From Octopus bimaculoides (lineage: Eukaryota): a DNA stretch of 32,181 nucleotides. Both the position numbers and the translations under genes were made by a program. This document shows, piece by piece, positions 12,069 to 23,586 of this stretch. The stretch lies in the NCBI RefSeq assembly GCF_001194135.2, contig NC_069006.1:1456834-1489014 (forward strand), read 5' to 3'. Position 1 is the first letter of the stretch; the number at the start of each line of letters is the position of its first letter. Under the pieces are notes generated by a model. That model was given only the letters and a program-made list of their open reading frames with translations. It made no database searches and had not been told where the DNA came from.

Positions 12069-12349
12069 NNNNNNNNNNNNNNNNNNNNNNNNNNNNNNNN
12101 NNNNNNNNNNNNNNNNNNNNNNNNNNNNNNNNNNNNNNNNNNNNNNNNNNNNNNNNNNNNNNNNNNNNNNNNNNNNNNNNNNNNNNNNNNNNNNNNNNNN
12201 NNNNNNNNNNNNNNNNNNNNNNNNNNNNNNNNNNNNNNNNNNNNNNNNNNNNNNNNNNNNNNNNNNNNNNNNNNNNNNNNNNNNNNNNNNNNNNNNNNNN
12301 NNNNNNNNNNNNNNNNNNNNNNNNNNNNNNNNNNNNNNNNNNNNNNNNN

Positions 12350-12383
<34 letters not shown>

Positions 12384-12412
12384 TGATATATATGTTGATA
12401 TATATATGTAGC

Positions 12413-12725
12413 ACAGCCTGCTCGTGAAATTAAGGTGCAAGTGGCTCAACACTCCACAAACACGTGTACCCTTAATGTAGTTCTCGGGGATATTCAGCGT
12501 GACACAGTGTGACAGGGCTGACCCTTTGAAATACAGGCACAAGAGAAACAGGAAGAAAAAGTGAGAGAAAGTCGTGGTGAAAGAGTACAGTAGGGTTCGC
12601 CACCACCCTCTGTCATAGCGTCGTAGAGCTTTAGGTGTGTTCGCTCAATAAACACTCACAACGCCGGGTCTGGGACTCGAAACCGGGAGTCCGCTGCCCA
12701 AACCACAGGGCCATTGAGTCCCTCC
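12413..12725 (-). mobile_element. tRNA-headed SINE family C, near full length
   Basis: Reverse complement starts ...caatggccctgtggtttgggcagcggactcccggtttcgagtcccagacc (A- and B-box-like); the head is homologous to family B. The body matches an octopus tRNA-derived SINE as I recall it (not database-verified). Confidence 0.75.
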
Positions 12726-13052
12726 CCCCACACACGTATATATAATGTACTGATCCGTGACAGAAAATTCAGCAAAAAAGTACTCCATCTGGTGAGAGAT
12801 AAATATTATTTATTTAAAAGTCACAATACGTGTATTAAACAGCTACTAATAGTTTCATACGTTGAGAAAACCCAAACATATTTTTCAGGCGCAATCTACT
12901 ATGATATGTGGTTATATATATATATATATGATTAAATATATACATATATATATATATATGTATATATATATATGTATGTATATACATATATATACTTAAG
13001 TATATATATACATATACGTATATATAAACATATACATTTATATATATACATT

Positions 13053-13096
<44 letters not shown>

Positions 13097-13675
13097 NNNN
13101 NNNNNNNNNNNNNNNNNNNNNNNNNNNNNNNNNNNNNNNNNNNNNNNNNNNNNNNNNNNNNNNNNNNNNNNNNNNNNNNNNNNNNNNNNNNNNNNNNNNN
13201 NNNNNNNNNNNNNNNNNNNNNNNNNNNNNNNNNNNNNNNNNNNNNNNNNNNNNNNNNNNNNNNNNNNNNNNNNNNNNNNNNNNNNNNNNNNNNNNNNNNN
13301 NNNNNNNNNNNNNNNNNNNNNNNNNNNNNNNNNNNNNNNNNNNNNNNNNNNNNNNNNNNNNNNNNNNNNNNNNNNNNNNNNNNNNNNNNNNNNNNNNNNN
13401 NNNNNNNNNNNNNNNNNNNNNNNNNNNNNNNNNNNNNNNNNNNNNNNNNNNNNNNNNNNNNNNNNNNNNNNNNNNNNNNNNNNNNNNNNNNNNNNNNNNN
13501 NNNNNNNNNNNNNNNNNNNNNNNNNNNNNNNNNNNNNNNNNNNNNNNNNNNNNNNNNNNNNNNNNNNNNNNNNNNNNNNNNNNNNNNNNNNNNNNNNNNN
13601 NNNNNNNNNNNNNNNNNNNNNNNNNNNNNNNNNNNNNNNNNNNNNNNNNNNNNNNNNNNNNNNNNNNNNNNNNNN

Positions 13676-13715
<40 letters not shown>

Positions 13716-13959
13716 ATACAGCAGTTGAGGCAAAATAGTAACTGAAATCATTTCGTTTGAGACGTTAGACAAGCGTTCAGTAAAACAGCTTTTGGTCTCT
13801 CAATGATTTATTTATTAGTAAAATTTTAATAGACTGACCGTGTACGTTCGAAAGCCGTAGACACCCTTCCCCACTCCAAAAAACAAAACATACAAATGCA
13901 CATACACGCAAAAACACTTACATAACCGTATAGATATAGAGTGTTACTCTATGTGTCAG

Positions 13960-14107
13960 TGTTTGTACGTGTACGGCCCTATCGATTCTACAAACATTGT
14001 AGATAAAATGCATAACAGACATAAAAACTACTAAGTTGTGTCAATATGATCGAGTTAACGCTTGACCTCGGTGCTACAGCATGGCCGTCAGAAAATGATT
14101 GAAAATA
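13960..14107 (+). mobile_element. SINE family A, old 3' fragment
   Basis: cggtgctacagcatggccgtcagaaaatgattgaaaata aligns with cggtgctccagcatggccacggtcgaatgactgaaacaa at 22047-22085. Confidence 0.65.
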
Positions 14108-15049
14108 TTACACGAACAAGAGAGGTTATAGAGTTACACACAATGTCTCTCTCTCACACACATATATACATATTTAAAATCATCAATGCTTATATACATA
14201 TATAGGTGTTTATGTATACATATATATATGTATATATATATATATNNNNNNNNNNNNNNNNNNNNNNNNNNNNNNNNNNNNNNNNNNNNNNNNNNNNNNN
14301 NNNNNNNNNNNNNNNNNNNNNNNNNNNNNNNNNNNNNNNNNNNNNNNNNNNNNNNNNNNNNNNNNNNNNNNNNNNNNNNNNNNNNNNNNNNNNNNNNNNN
14401 NNNNNNNNNNNNNNNNNNNNNNNNNNNNNNNNNNNNNNNNNNNNNNNNNNNNNNNNNNNNNNNNNNNNNNNNNNNNNNNNNNNNNNNNNNNNNNNNNNNN
14501 NNNNNNNNNNNNNNNNNNNNNNNNNNNNNNNNNNNNNNNNNNNNNNNNNNNNNNNNNNNNNNNNNNNNNNNNNNNNNNNNNNNNNNNNNNNNNNNNNNNN
14601 NNNNNNNNNNNNNNNNNNNNNNNNNNNNNNNNNNNNNNNNNNNNNNNNNNNNNNNNNNNNNNNNNNNNNNNNNNNNNNNNNNNNNNNNNNNNNNNNNNNN
14701 NNNNNNNNNNNNNNNNNNNNNNNNNNNNNNNNNNNNNNNNNNNNNNNNNNNNNNNNNNNNNNNNNNNNNNNNNNNNNNNNNNNNNNNNNNNNNNNNNNNN
14801 NNNNNNNNNNNNNNNNNNNNNNNNNNNNNNNNNNNNNNNNNNNNNNNNNNNNNNNNNNNNNNNNNNNNNNNNNNNNNNNNNNNNNNNNNNNNNNNNNNNN
14901 NNNNNNNNNNNNNNNNNNNNNNNNNNNNNNNNNNNNNNNNNNNNNNNNNNNNNNNNNNNNNNNNNNNNNNNNNNNNNNNNNNNNNNNNNNNNNNNNNNNN
15001 NNNNNNNNNNNNNNNNNNNNNNNNNNNNNNNNNNNNNNNNNNNNNNNNN

Positions 15050-15084
<35 letters not shown>

Positions 15085-15259
15085 CAGATGTAGTATTATA
15101 CGTATGTATAAGAGTGTGTGTTAATGTGTGTAGCAGACCGTTTGCATGTGTGCGTGTTTGTGTCTGTAGTCATTTCCATATGTATCCACATAACGGAGTG
15201 TGTCCAAGTGAAAAGCTCCAACGTATTCTTGACAATCGTAACCTCATCGCTGTTATCAT

Positions 15260-15460
15260 AAGCAGACGAAAGCATCGGTGTGGGAGCAATAAAACGTTGC
15301 TATCGCAACCTCTTATACGTGTATGAGTGTATCTGTCGATTTCTACAGCAAAAACCTTGCGGCCTTTTGGCAATGTACCAAGTCAAGTTGCGTAAAGTAG
15401 TTGATTATACTTCGAACCATCGAGAATCTGTTATCCACTTGACTGGCAACGTAGTAAAGT
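15260..15460 (+). mobile_element. Possible decayed RTE-type LINE C-terminal fragment
   Basis: AIKRCYRNLL...LLAMYQVKLRKV...LTGNVVK resembles EMRCYRRLL...LLxxVKxRKL...LQGTVK. Confidence 0.4.
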
Positions 15461-15638
15461 CGAGCCCTGCTAATTCTATCTGAATAACCGATGAATAACC
15501 ATTCAACAACAATATCGACTCTTACACTACACAACATCACACATCTACTTCTTCATTAGCCACACACACACACACACACACACACACANNNNNNNNNNTA
15601 TATATATATATATGTAAATATATAGATACATTTATAAT

Positions 15639-15669
<31 letters not shown>

Positions 15670-16269
15670 TATAAATATATAGAGAATATACATGTACGTA
15701 TGTGTGTGCATGTGTGTGTATGTACATATTCACAGAAATTTAGACACATACACATACCTCCATTCACTCGTATTTATTTTCCTGATACTCGACTTAATAC
15801 CCTCACACTCATATACATAGATGTCAGTATGTGTGCTCATATGGATATATATACATACATACATACATACATACATACATACATACATAAATATGTGTGT
15901 TTGTATTTGAATACACGCTTATCTTCACATCGTCGTCGTAATGTGGCCTAACAATAACTACATTAAACCAATTATACATACATTCGTCCCACCCCATCCT
16001 CCTCCCTCGTACTTACGGTCACACACAGACTGATATACAGATAACACACGTATGTTTCCGTAATCTGGTATTTCCACGAACATTGCATATGCGTATACCT
16101 ACGGATACAGCAAATCTTTAAATGCATACATGGATATAGATGCAAGTATATCTGTATGCATAGGATATAAGTAAGTATATATATATGTATATATATATAT
16201 GTATATATATATGTATACATATGTGTGTGTGTACACACTCACACACACATATACACTCACCAAACATAT

Positions 16270-16505
16270 AAATGTGTAAATGTATACATATTGCAAATCC
16301 AATGGGGGTCTTAAAAGACATGTTAGGATCCACAATGAGCAGAACTTACTTGCAGGTATTGGTAGTGCAAATCAGAGGTGCAATCTGTGTGGGTGTTTTT
16401 TCAAAACACTGTCTGGTTTAAAAAGCTACATCAGACGCCATGAAAGGGCTAAGGTGTAGGTGCAGGGGGTGGTCAAACTCTGTTTAAGGAGTAGACAACC
16501 ACCAT
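16270..16505 (+). mobile_element. LINE 3' end encoding tandem C2H2-type zinc fingers, plus a 3' hairpin
   Basis: 16292-16459 reads CKSNGGLKRHVRIHNEQNLLAGIGSANQRCNLCGCFFKTLSGLKSYIRRHERAKV*. Then a hairpin GGTGGT..ACTC/GAGT..ACCACC at 16468-16503 and a TA-rich tail. Confidence 0.7.
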
Positions 16506-16849
16506 GTATACATTTACAAGTATATATATGTATGTATTCATATATAGATATATATATGTGTGTATATATATANNNNNNNNNNNNNNNNNNNNNNNNNNNN
16601 NNNNNNNNNNNNNNNNNNNNNNNNNNNNNNNNNNNNNNNNNNNNNNNNNNNNNNNNNNNNNNNNNNNNNNNNNNNNNNNNNNNNNNNNNNNNNNNNNNNN
16701 NNNNNNNNNNNNNNNNNNNNNNNNNNNNNNNNNNNNNNAAGAAGAGAGAGAGAGATGGCGACAAGTGGGTGAGTGAGAGGGGTGTTCTGATCTGTAGCAC
16801 CTTTTAGAACACTTATTGCCTGCAATATTATGATTATTGATACCCCCCT

Positions 16850-16850
<1 letters not shown>

Positions 16851-16943
<93 letters not shown>

Positions 16944-16955
16944 TTATCATTATTA
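16851..16955. repeat. (CTT)n(ATT)n compound trinucleotide
   Basis: Direct reading. Confidence 0.97.
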
Positions 16956-17339
16956 TCCTCAATAATCTTCAATGTAAATATGTACAAACCCTTCGACCCC
17001 TCGGGGGCCACGACTACATACACCTTAGAATTTCTCAGACACTTCAGTCGGACTGGATTATCTAACATCGAATATTTTCATGATTTATCGAAACAAAATG
17101 CTACAACACTAGAAGTTATTGTAGATGTTAGAGGCCGTGGTGTACACTGGATTTTATTTAACACGTCTTAATACTTGACAATTTGAAGATTATATCGATA
17201 ATCTCATTCAATCCTCCACTACGATAACACAGCCTAACATTTTCCTTTGTCTTAATCAGAGGAGAAAACTCAGAGTCCATGATTACGGTGTGTAATGAAT
17301 TATGAATTTATATATACATATACATATGTACTGATATAT

Positions 17340-17562
17340 GGAGATGCGTGGCTGTGTGGTTTGGGTGTCGGACTCTTGATCGTAAGCTAGTGGTTTCGAT
17401 TCCTTGATTTTGCGATGCGCTGTGTTTTTGAGCAAAACACTTCATATCACGTCGCTCCAGTCCAGTCAGCTGGCAAAAATTAATAATCCTGCAACGGATT
17501 AGCATCCTGTTCTGGTGAGGAATATATTCGTCATGGAAACCGGAAATCCAGCCCTATGAGTC
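17340..17562 (+). mobile_element. tRNA-headed SINE family B
   Basis: A-box tggctgtgtgg, B-box ggtttcgattcc, then ttgagcaaaacacttc...ccagtc.gctggcaaaa...taatcctgc; aligns with the two minus copies at 30279-30743. Confidence 0.85.
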
Positions 17563-18158
17563 ACGAAGGAACTGTTTTTTTTTCTTTATGCACATACATG
17601 AACATGGTAGCTGTCAACTCGTAGAAGAATATGATCATCTTCTAGAGGGGCAAATGATTTTAATAAATCAAGAATTTATGTTGTATGTTATTTGTGTGTG
17701 TGTTTGTGTGTGTATATATATATATATATATNNNNNNNNNNNNNNNNNNNNNNNNNNNNNNNNNNNNNNNNNNNNNNNNNNNNNNNNNNNNNNNNNNNNN
17801 NNNNNNNNNNNNNNNNNNNNNNNNNNNNNNNNNNNNNNNNNNNNNNNNNNNNNNNNNNNNNNNNNNNNNNNNNNNNNNNNNNNNNNNNNNNNNNNNNNNN
17901 NNNNNNNNNNNNNNNNNNNNNNNNNNNNNNNNNNNNNNNNNNNNNNNNNNNNNNNNNNNNNNNNNNNNNNNNNNNNNNNNNNNNNNNNNNNNNNNNNNNN
18001 NNNNNNNNNNNNNNNNNNNNNNNNNNNNNNNNNNNNNNNNNNNNNNNNNNNNNNNNNNNNNNNNNNNNNNNNNNNNNNNNNNNNNNNNNNNNNNNNNNNN
18101 NNNNNNNNNNNNNNNNNNNNNNNNNNNNNNNNNNNNNNNNNNNNNNNNNNNNNNNNNN

Positions 18159-18201
<43 letters not shown>

Positions 18202-18369
18202 CATGCTCATATGTACATATATATATGCGATGTCGTACATATTCATTTCTCATACTTTCTCGCAGAATCGAACGTGAGAATGGAAATCGTTACTGTATGT
18301 GTGACCACCTCCTTCCAGACGATATCACTGGATCGAACTCACTCAGAATCATCAGTGTTTCGACCCGAT

Positions 18370-18470
18370 TGTGACTCCACAGTGAAAAAGCCTTCACAGG
18401 TCAATGAAACTAAACAAGAATGTCGGCTGTTAGTTCTTTGATTCACCAAACCAAATATTTACTGGTGCGT
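18370..18470 (-). mobile_element. Very degraded RT fragment
   Basis: Minus strand ttc att gac ctg tg- aag gct ttt t-c act gtg resembles FIDLxKAFDTV with two 1-nt deletions. Confidence 0.35.
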
Positions 18471-19609
18471 GCTGATGATGTTTGCCAAATCGATAATAAA
18501 TTATCATGCTCACGCTTAACACCGAGAATGATCACGTGCCTAATCATTCTTACTTGGTCCCGACAGATTTCCTGTGTGAATATCTTAACACTTTTGTAGA
18601 TCAAATGTATACAAACCTCTTAAATATAATTGTACACACATGTCTTGCATGCAACACTGCTTGGTGAGCCTCCCGTTAATGAATTCCAGCTTAACTGAGC
18701 TTTGCCAACATCAGAAAATGTACAACGAACATTTGATATATATATATATATATATATATATCAACAACGGTTCTTACAGGGCTAAGAAGAGTCGATACTG
18801 TATTCGTAGCTGATACATCATAACGACGTAACGACGCAGGGTCGTCTGCATCTTGTGATCCGATGACGTAATTCAAGCGGCGGTTACGTGTTTTTAAACA
18901 TATCTATGACGAAAGATTGTGTACACAGCGAAATATTTCCATCTGTCCCAGGATGCATGAAATTGTTTAAATATGATTGTGCTATCACTTAAATTAGTCA
19001 GCGCTGCTTACTTACGCTTCACCTTAGCAAATATTTAAATGTTAAAGTGAATCTAACAGTTTTTTTTTTTGTGTTTTTAAATGACTTATAAACACCTTGC
19101 ACGCTGCAATAGTGTTCGTTCCAGCACACGATCTCAGATCAGGTCACTTGCTATGGTAGTACATCTCCGAAATATATATATATATATATATATATATANN
19201 NNNNNNNNNNNNNNNNNNNNNNNNNNNNNNNNNNNNNNNNNNNNNNNNNNNNNNNNNNNNNNNNNNNNNNNNNNNNNNNNNNNNNNNNNNNNNNNNNNNN
19301 NNNNNNNNNNNNNNNNNNNNNNNNNNNNNNNNNNNNNNNNNNNNNNNNNNNNNNNNNNNNNNNNNNNNNNNNNNNNNNNNNNNNNNNNNNNNNNNNNNNN
19401 NNNNNNNNNNNNNNNNNNNNNNNNNNNNNNNNNNNNNNNNNNNNNNNNNNNNNNNNNNNNNNNNNNNNNNNNNNNNNNNNNNNNNNNNNNNNNNNNNNNN
19501 NNNNNNNNNNNNNNNNNNNNNNNNNNNNNNNNNNNNNNNNNNNNNNNNNNNNNNNNNNNNNNNNNNNNNNNNNNNNNNNNNNNNNNNNNNNNNNNNNNNN
19601 NNNNNNNNN

Positions 19610-19661
<52 letters not shown>

Positions 19662-19899
19662 TATAGACACGCACTCACACACACATATAAATATGCATTT
19701 ACACACATAGATAGATACATACATACGTACACACACACACACACACACATGTATATTTGACTGAGCGTTGTGATTTGTGGTAGACTAAATCTGAAAAAAA
19801 AGAGATTATGCCGATTTTGGATTATAATGGGTAGAGCTTCAGTTTACTGGCTTTGTGCCTGGGCCAGCTCTCATAGGAACTGTCTTATAATTACTCTTA

Positions 19900-20140
19900 T
19901 TTAGTACACATCTACGCCACAGACAGTCAAAGCTTATTTTCTCAGACATATCTAGGACAATCTCTATACGAAGACAGTCAGTCTTCGCTTGAGGTAGATT
20001 TGTCTGCTGTTTCTAGAGGAGCGACGAATCAGAGATCAATTTATTCAATGGATTTTAATGGTAAAAGGGACCACAAGTCAGAGGCTCAATTCGGTGACGG
20101 AAATCCATTAGAGAAGAGCGAGGTGGTGGTCGTAAGGTAA
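19900..20140 (+). mobile_element. Probable decayed RTE-type LINE fragment (YLG...EV region)
   Basis: YLGQSLYEDSQSSLEV has the spacing of the RTE YLGxxIxxDxxxxxEV motif; the downstream similarity is weaker. Confidence 0.4.
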
Positions 20141-20269
20141 CTCGGTGTGACTACAAATTAATGTCGAATAACAAACTCGGCGTTCACAACTATCGATTAG
20201 TACCATGTATTGATTTTTAAATCGCTGTTGATGTTGTGGTGATTGTTGCAGCTACTGCTTATTCTGCAT

Positions 20270-20395
20270 CAGCTGTAGCTGATGTTGTCGTCATCGTTGT
20301 TATTGTTGTTGTTGTTCTTGTTTCTTGTTGGTGTTGTTGGTTTTTGTTGTTTTTCTTGTCGCTGTTGTTGTTGCGGTTATTGTTGATGGTGATAT
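20270..20395. repeat. Degenerate (GTT)n tract
   Basis: Direct reading. Confidence 0.9.
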
Positions 20396-20498
20396 TTGAT
20401 TTCAGATTTAAATAAAAAACAAAATATTTTTGGAATTTGTTTACATAACTCGCTGTTTAAATAGAATATATATATACATACACATATATACACGCATC

Positions 20499-20539
<41 letters not shown>

Positions 20540-20609
20540 TTATGTATATATATATATATGTGTGTCTATACATGTATGTATATTTATATATATATATATT
20601 ATATACGTA

Positions 20610-20819
20610 TGTATATATATAAATATATATATTCATACACAAAGAACACGCTTATATATACATACTAAACTAATGTTCATCAGTTTGGGCAAGAATATAT
20701 CTATACACGTAAGCTAGTGTATATATATAAATATATATATTCATACACAAAGAACACGCTTATATATACATACTAAACTAATGTTCATCAGTTTGGGCAA
20801 GAATATATCTATACACGTA
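20610..20819. repeat. Exact direct duplication of about 102 bp with period 108, ending at the 860-N gap
   Basis: 20610-20711 equals 20718-20819 (tgtatatatataaatatatatattcatacacaaagaacacgc...gaatatatctatacacgta). Confidence 0.93.
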
Positions 20820-21679
20820 NNNNNNNNNNNNNNNNNNNNNNNNNNNNNNNNNNNNNNNNNNNNNNNNNNNNNNNNNNNNNNNNNNNNNNNNNNNNNNNNN
20901 NNNNNNNNNNNNNNNNNNNNNNNNNNNNNNNNNNNNNNNNNNNNNNNNNNNNNNNNNNNNNNNNNNNNNNNNNNNNNNNNNNNNNNNNNNNNNNNNNNNN
21001 NNNNNNNNNNNNNNNNNNNNNNNNNNNNNNNNNNNNNNNNNNNNNNNNNNNNNNNNNNNNNNNNNNNNNNNNNNNNNNNNNNNNNNNNNNNNNNNNNNNN
21101 NNNNNNNNNNNNNNNNNNNNNNNNNNNNNNNNNNNNNNNNNNNNNNNNNNNNNNNNNNNNNNNNNNNNNNNNNNNNNNNNNNNNNNNNNNNNNNNNNNNN
21201 NNNNNNNNNNNNNNNNNNNNNNNNNNNNNNNNNNNNNNNNNNNNNNNNNNNNNNNNNNNNNNNNNNNNNNNNNNNNNNNNNNNNNNNNNNNNNNNNNNNN
21301 NNNNNNNNNNNNNNNNNNNNNNNNNNNNNNNNNNNNNNNNNNNNNNNNNNNNNNNNNNNNNNNNNNNNNNNNNNNNNNNNNNNNNNNNNNNNNNNNNNNN
21401 NNNNNNNNNNNNNNNNNNNNNNNNNNNNNNNNNNNNNNNNNNNNNNNNNNNNNNNNNNNNNNNNNNNNNNNNNNNNNNNNNNNNNNNNNNNNNNNNNNNN
21501 NNNNNNNNNNNNNNNNNNNNNNNNNNNNNNNNNNNNNNNNNNNNNNNNNNNNNNNNNNNNNNNNNNNNNNNNNNNNNNNNNNNNNNNNNNNNNNNNNNNN
21601 NNNNNNNNNNNNNNNNNNNNNNNNNNNNNNNNNNNNNNNNNNNNNNNNNNNNNNNNNNNNNNNNNNNNNNNNNNNNNNN

Positions 21680-21723
<44 letters not shown>

Positions 21724-21724
<1 letters not shown>

Positions 21725-22104
21725 GTATGGTGTAAGAGGTTTGCTTCCCAACCAGATGGTTCCGGGTTCAGTCCCACGGCGTGGCACCTTGCGCAGGTGT
21801 CTTCTACTATAGCTTCGGGCCGGCCAAACCATGTGAGTGGATTTGGTAGACGAAAACTGAAAGAAGCCCGTTGTATGTACATATATGTATGTATTTGTGT
21901 CTATTTTTTGTCCTCCCATCATCGCTTGACACCCGAGGCTGGTGTGTTAACGCCCTCGTAGCTTAGCGATCCGGCAAAATAAGCTGATAGAATAATTATT
22001 AGGCTTACAAAGAATAAGTCCTGGGGTTGATTTCCTCGACTAAAGGCGGTGCTCCAGCATGGCCACGGTCGAATGACTGAAACAAATAAAAGAATAAAAG
22101 AATA
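21724..22104 (+). mobile_element. SINE family A, near full length
   Basis: B-box ggttcagtccc, central TG/TA tract, 3' ...ggcggtgctccagcatggcc...tgactgaaacaa with an (ataaaaga)n tail; collinear with 25281-25694. Confidence 0.92.
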
Positions 22105-22570
22105 TATCTTTTTATATGCCTAATGTGTTTAAGAAAAAATACGTATAGAACGGAAGATGTAACTTGTCCAAGCTTTGTTGAGTGAGAACGTTAGATGCAT
22201 TTCTGGCATGTTGAGTATCATCAATAACATGTTTTTACACCTAGAAAATCTTGCCTTGATGTATCTATATTATGTGTGATACATAAATAAATATTTAAAT
22301 ATCTATTCATATAATGTATGCATGCTCTTGACTACTTTTCTTTCTTTTGGGAGCGATATTTCGAATGTTGAATTTGCTACGAGGGCGAAACAAGCACACA
22401 AATTTGATGAGCTAAAATAACAGCGCAATCGGTTAGCTTGATTTCGAAGTATACTGGGTGTTCTTCTTATAGAACTTAATGTCTTTAAGAGACTTCTCAC
22501 GGACGATAAACGTCAGACAAAAAGAGTTTATCAGCATATACATTAGGTATATGATATATATATATATATA

Positions 22571-22721
22571 TTGGACTTTTCTCTGTTACTGAAGAAGAGG
22601 TTTGCTCGAAACGTTAAACCACATTACTTTCTTACTCTGAGCGTCTGCTAAAACTTTAAATGTGCCACATCCTCCTGTTGTTGTTTTTTTTGTGTTTGTT
22701 CTTCGTTTTGTTTTCATTTAC
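22571..22721 (+). mobile_element. Short (TA)n-flanked element with a hammerhead-like motif, copy 2
   Basis: gtta-CTGAAGA-a-gag-gtttg-ctc-GAAA-c-GTT-aaac at 22585-22619; TA-rich flanks; similar 3' part to 4070-4264. Confidence 0.55.
22585..22619 (+). ncRNA. Minimal type-I hammerhead ribozyme-like motif with an intact CUGAAGA...GAAA core
   Basis: Core 22589-22595, extra A, helix II GAG/CTC, GAAA 22608-22611, palindromic AACGTT at helix III; helix I GTT/AAC with one A-A mismatch next to the core. Confidence 0.5.
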
Positions 22722-22722
22722 T

Positions 22723-22759
<37 letters not shown>

Positions 22760-23019
22760 TATATATGTATGTATGTATATATATATATATATACATATAC
22801 ATACATATATATATATATATANNNNNNNNNNNNNNNNNNNNNNNNNNNNNNNNNNNNNNNNNNNNNNNNNNNNNNNNNNNNNNNNNNNNNNNNNNNNNNN
22901 NNNNNNNNNNNNNNNNNNNNNNNNNNNNNNNNNNATATATATAAAACTCCGAAACTCGGAGTTTTTTCATGGCTACCGAATAATTGTCACATATTATTTA
23001 CAGATAAATTCCTCATCAC

Positions 23020-23158
23020 CATCATCATCAGCAGCAACATTGCCACCATCATAACACCAAACCTCCTAACCTCTTTTCCCATCCTTCTTTTCCATTCCCT
23101 CCTCGTTAATCCAGTCATCATCATCGTCATCATCACCATCATCGTCGTCGTTGGCAAC

Positions 23159-23190
<32 letters not shown>

Positions 23191-23400
23191 CCATCAGCAG
23201 CAGCAGCACCACCACCTCCAGCAGCACCAGCAACAGCATCATCAGCAGCAGCAGCACCGAGAGCAGCATCTTCTCCATCAATATTCACCGTCAATGTAAA
23301 CGTTATCATTTGTCTATGTCTGGCTCTAATTTCCAACAGATCTGTTCTCTCTCATGCTGTTGTTGTTGTTGTTGTTGTCGTAGTCGTCGTTTTGCTGTTT
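23020..23400. repeat. (CAT)n/(CAG)n/(GTT)n trinucleotide low-complexity tract
   Basis: Direct reading; gives poly-H/Q/I/S ORFs in several frames. Confidence 0.9.
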
Positions 23401-23504
23401 TTGTTGCTGTTGATACCAAAAAACCGCGATTAACTACCACGATTACATCGCTCTGTTTATATCAGCCTCCGAATATAACTGCAACAACTAAAGAAAGACT
23501 GGCG

Positions 23505-23546
23505 CATGCGCACACACAAACACACACTTCCACACACTGACACACC

Positions 23547-23586
<40 letters not shown>

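Noticed and set aside
16980-17300. Protein-looking frames (MYKPFDPSG..., minus KTKENVRLCY)
   Set aside because: No recognisable motif or consistent splice signals; RT similarity is too weak to call.
17340-17415. tRNA gene-like sequences at the heads of SINE A, B, C and D
   Set aside because: A/B boxes are present, but I could not form a full cloverleaf, there is no oligo-T terminator after the tRNA part, and each continues into a shared SINE body.
19100-19175. acacgatctcagatcaggtcacttgctatg..., which looks like a repeat end I recall from octopus
   Set aside because: Single copy in the window; I cannot verify the family without a search.
20610-20819. Direct repeat as a CRISPR-like array
   Set aside because: Two identical long units with a 6-bp linker in eukaryotic DNA; no spacers and no cas genes.
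22960-23299. Poly-His/poly-Gln stretch resembling a transcription factor activation region
   Set aside because: It is part of a (CAT)/(CAG) tract; there is no credible start, no DNA-binding domain nearby and no good donor site.
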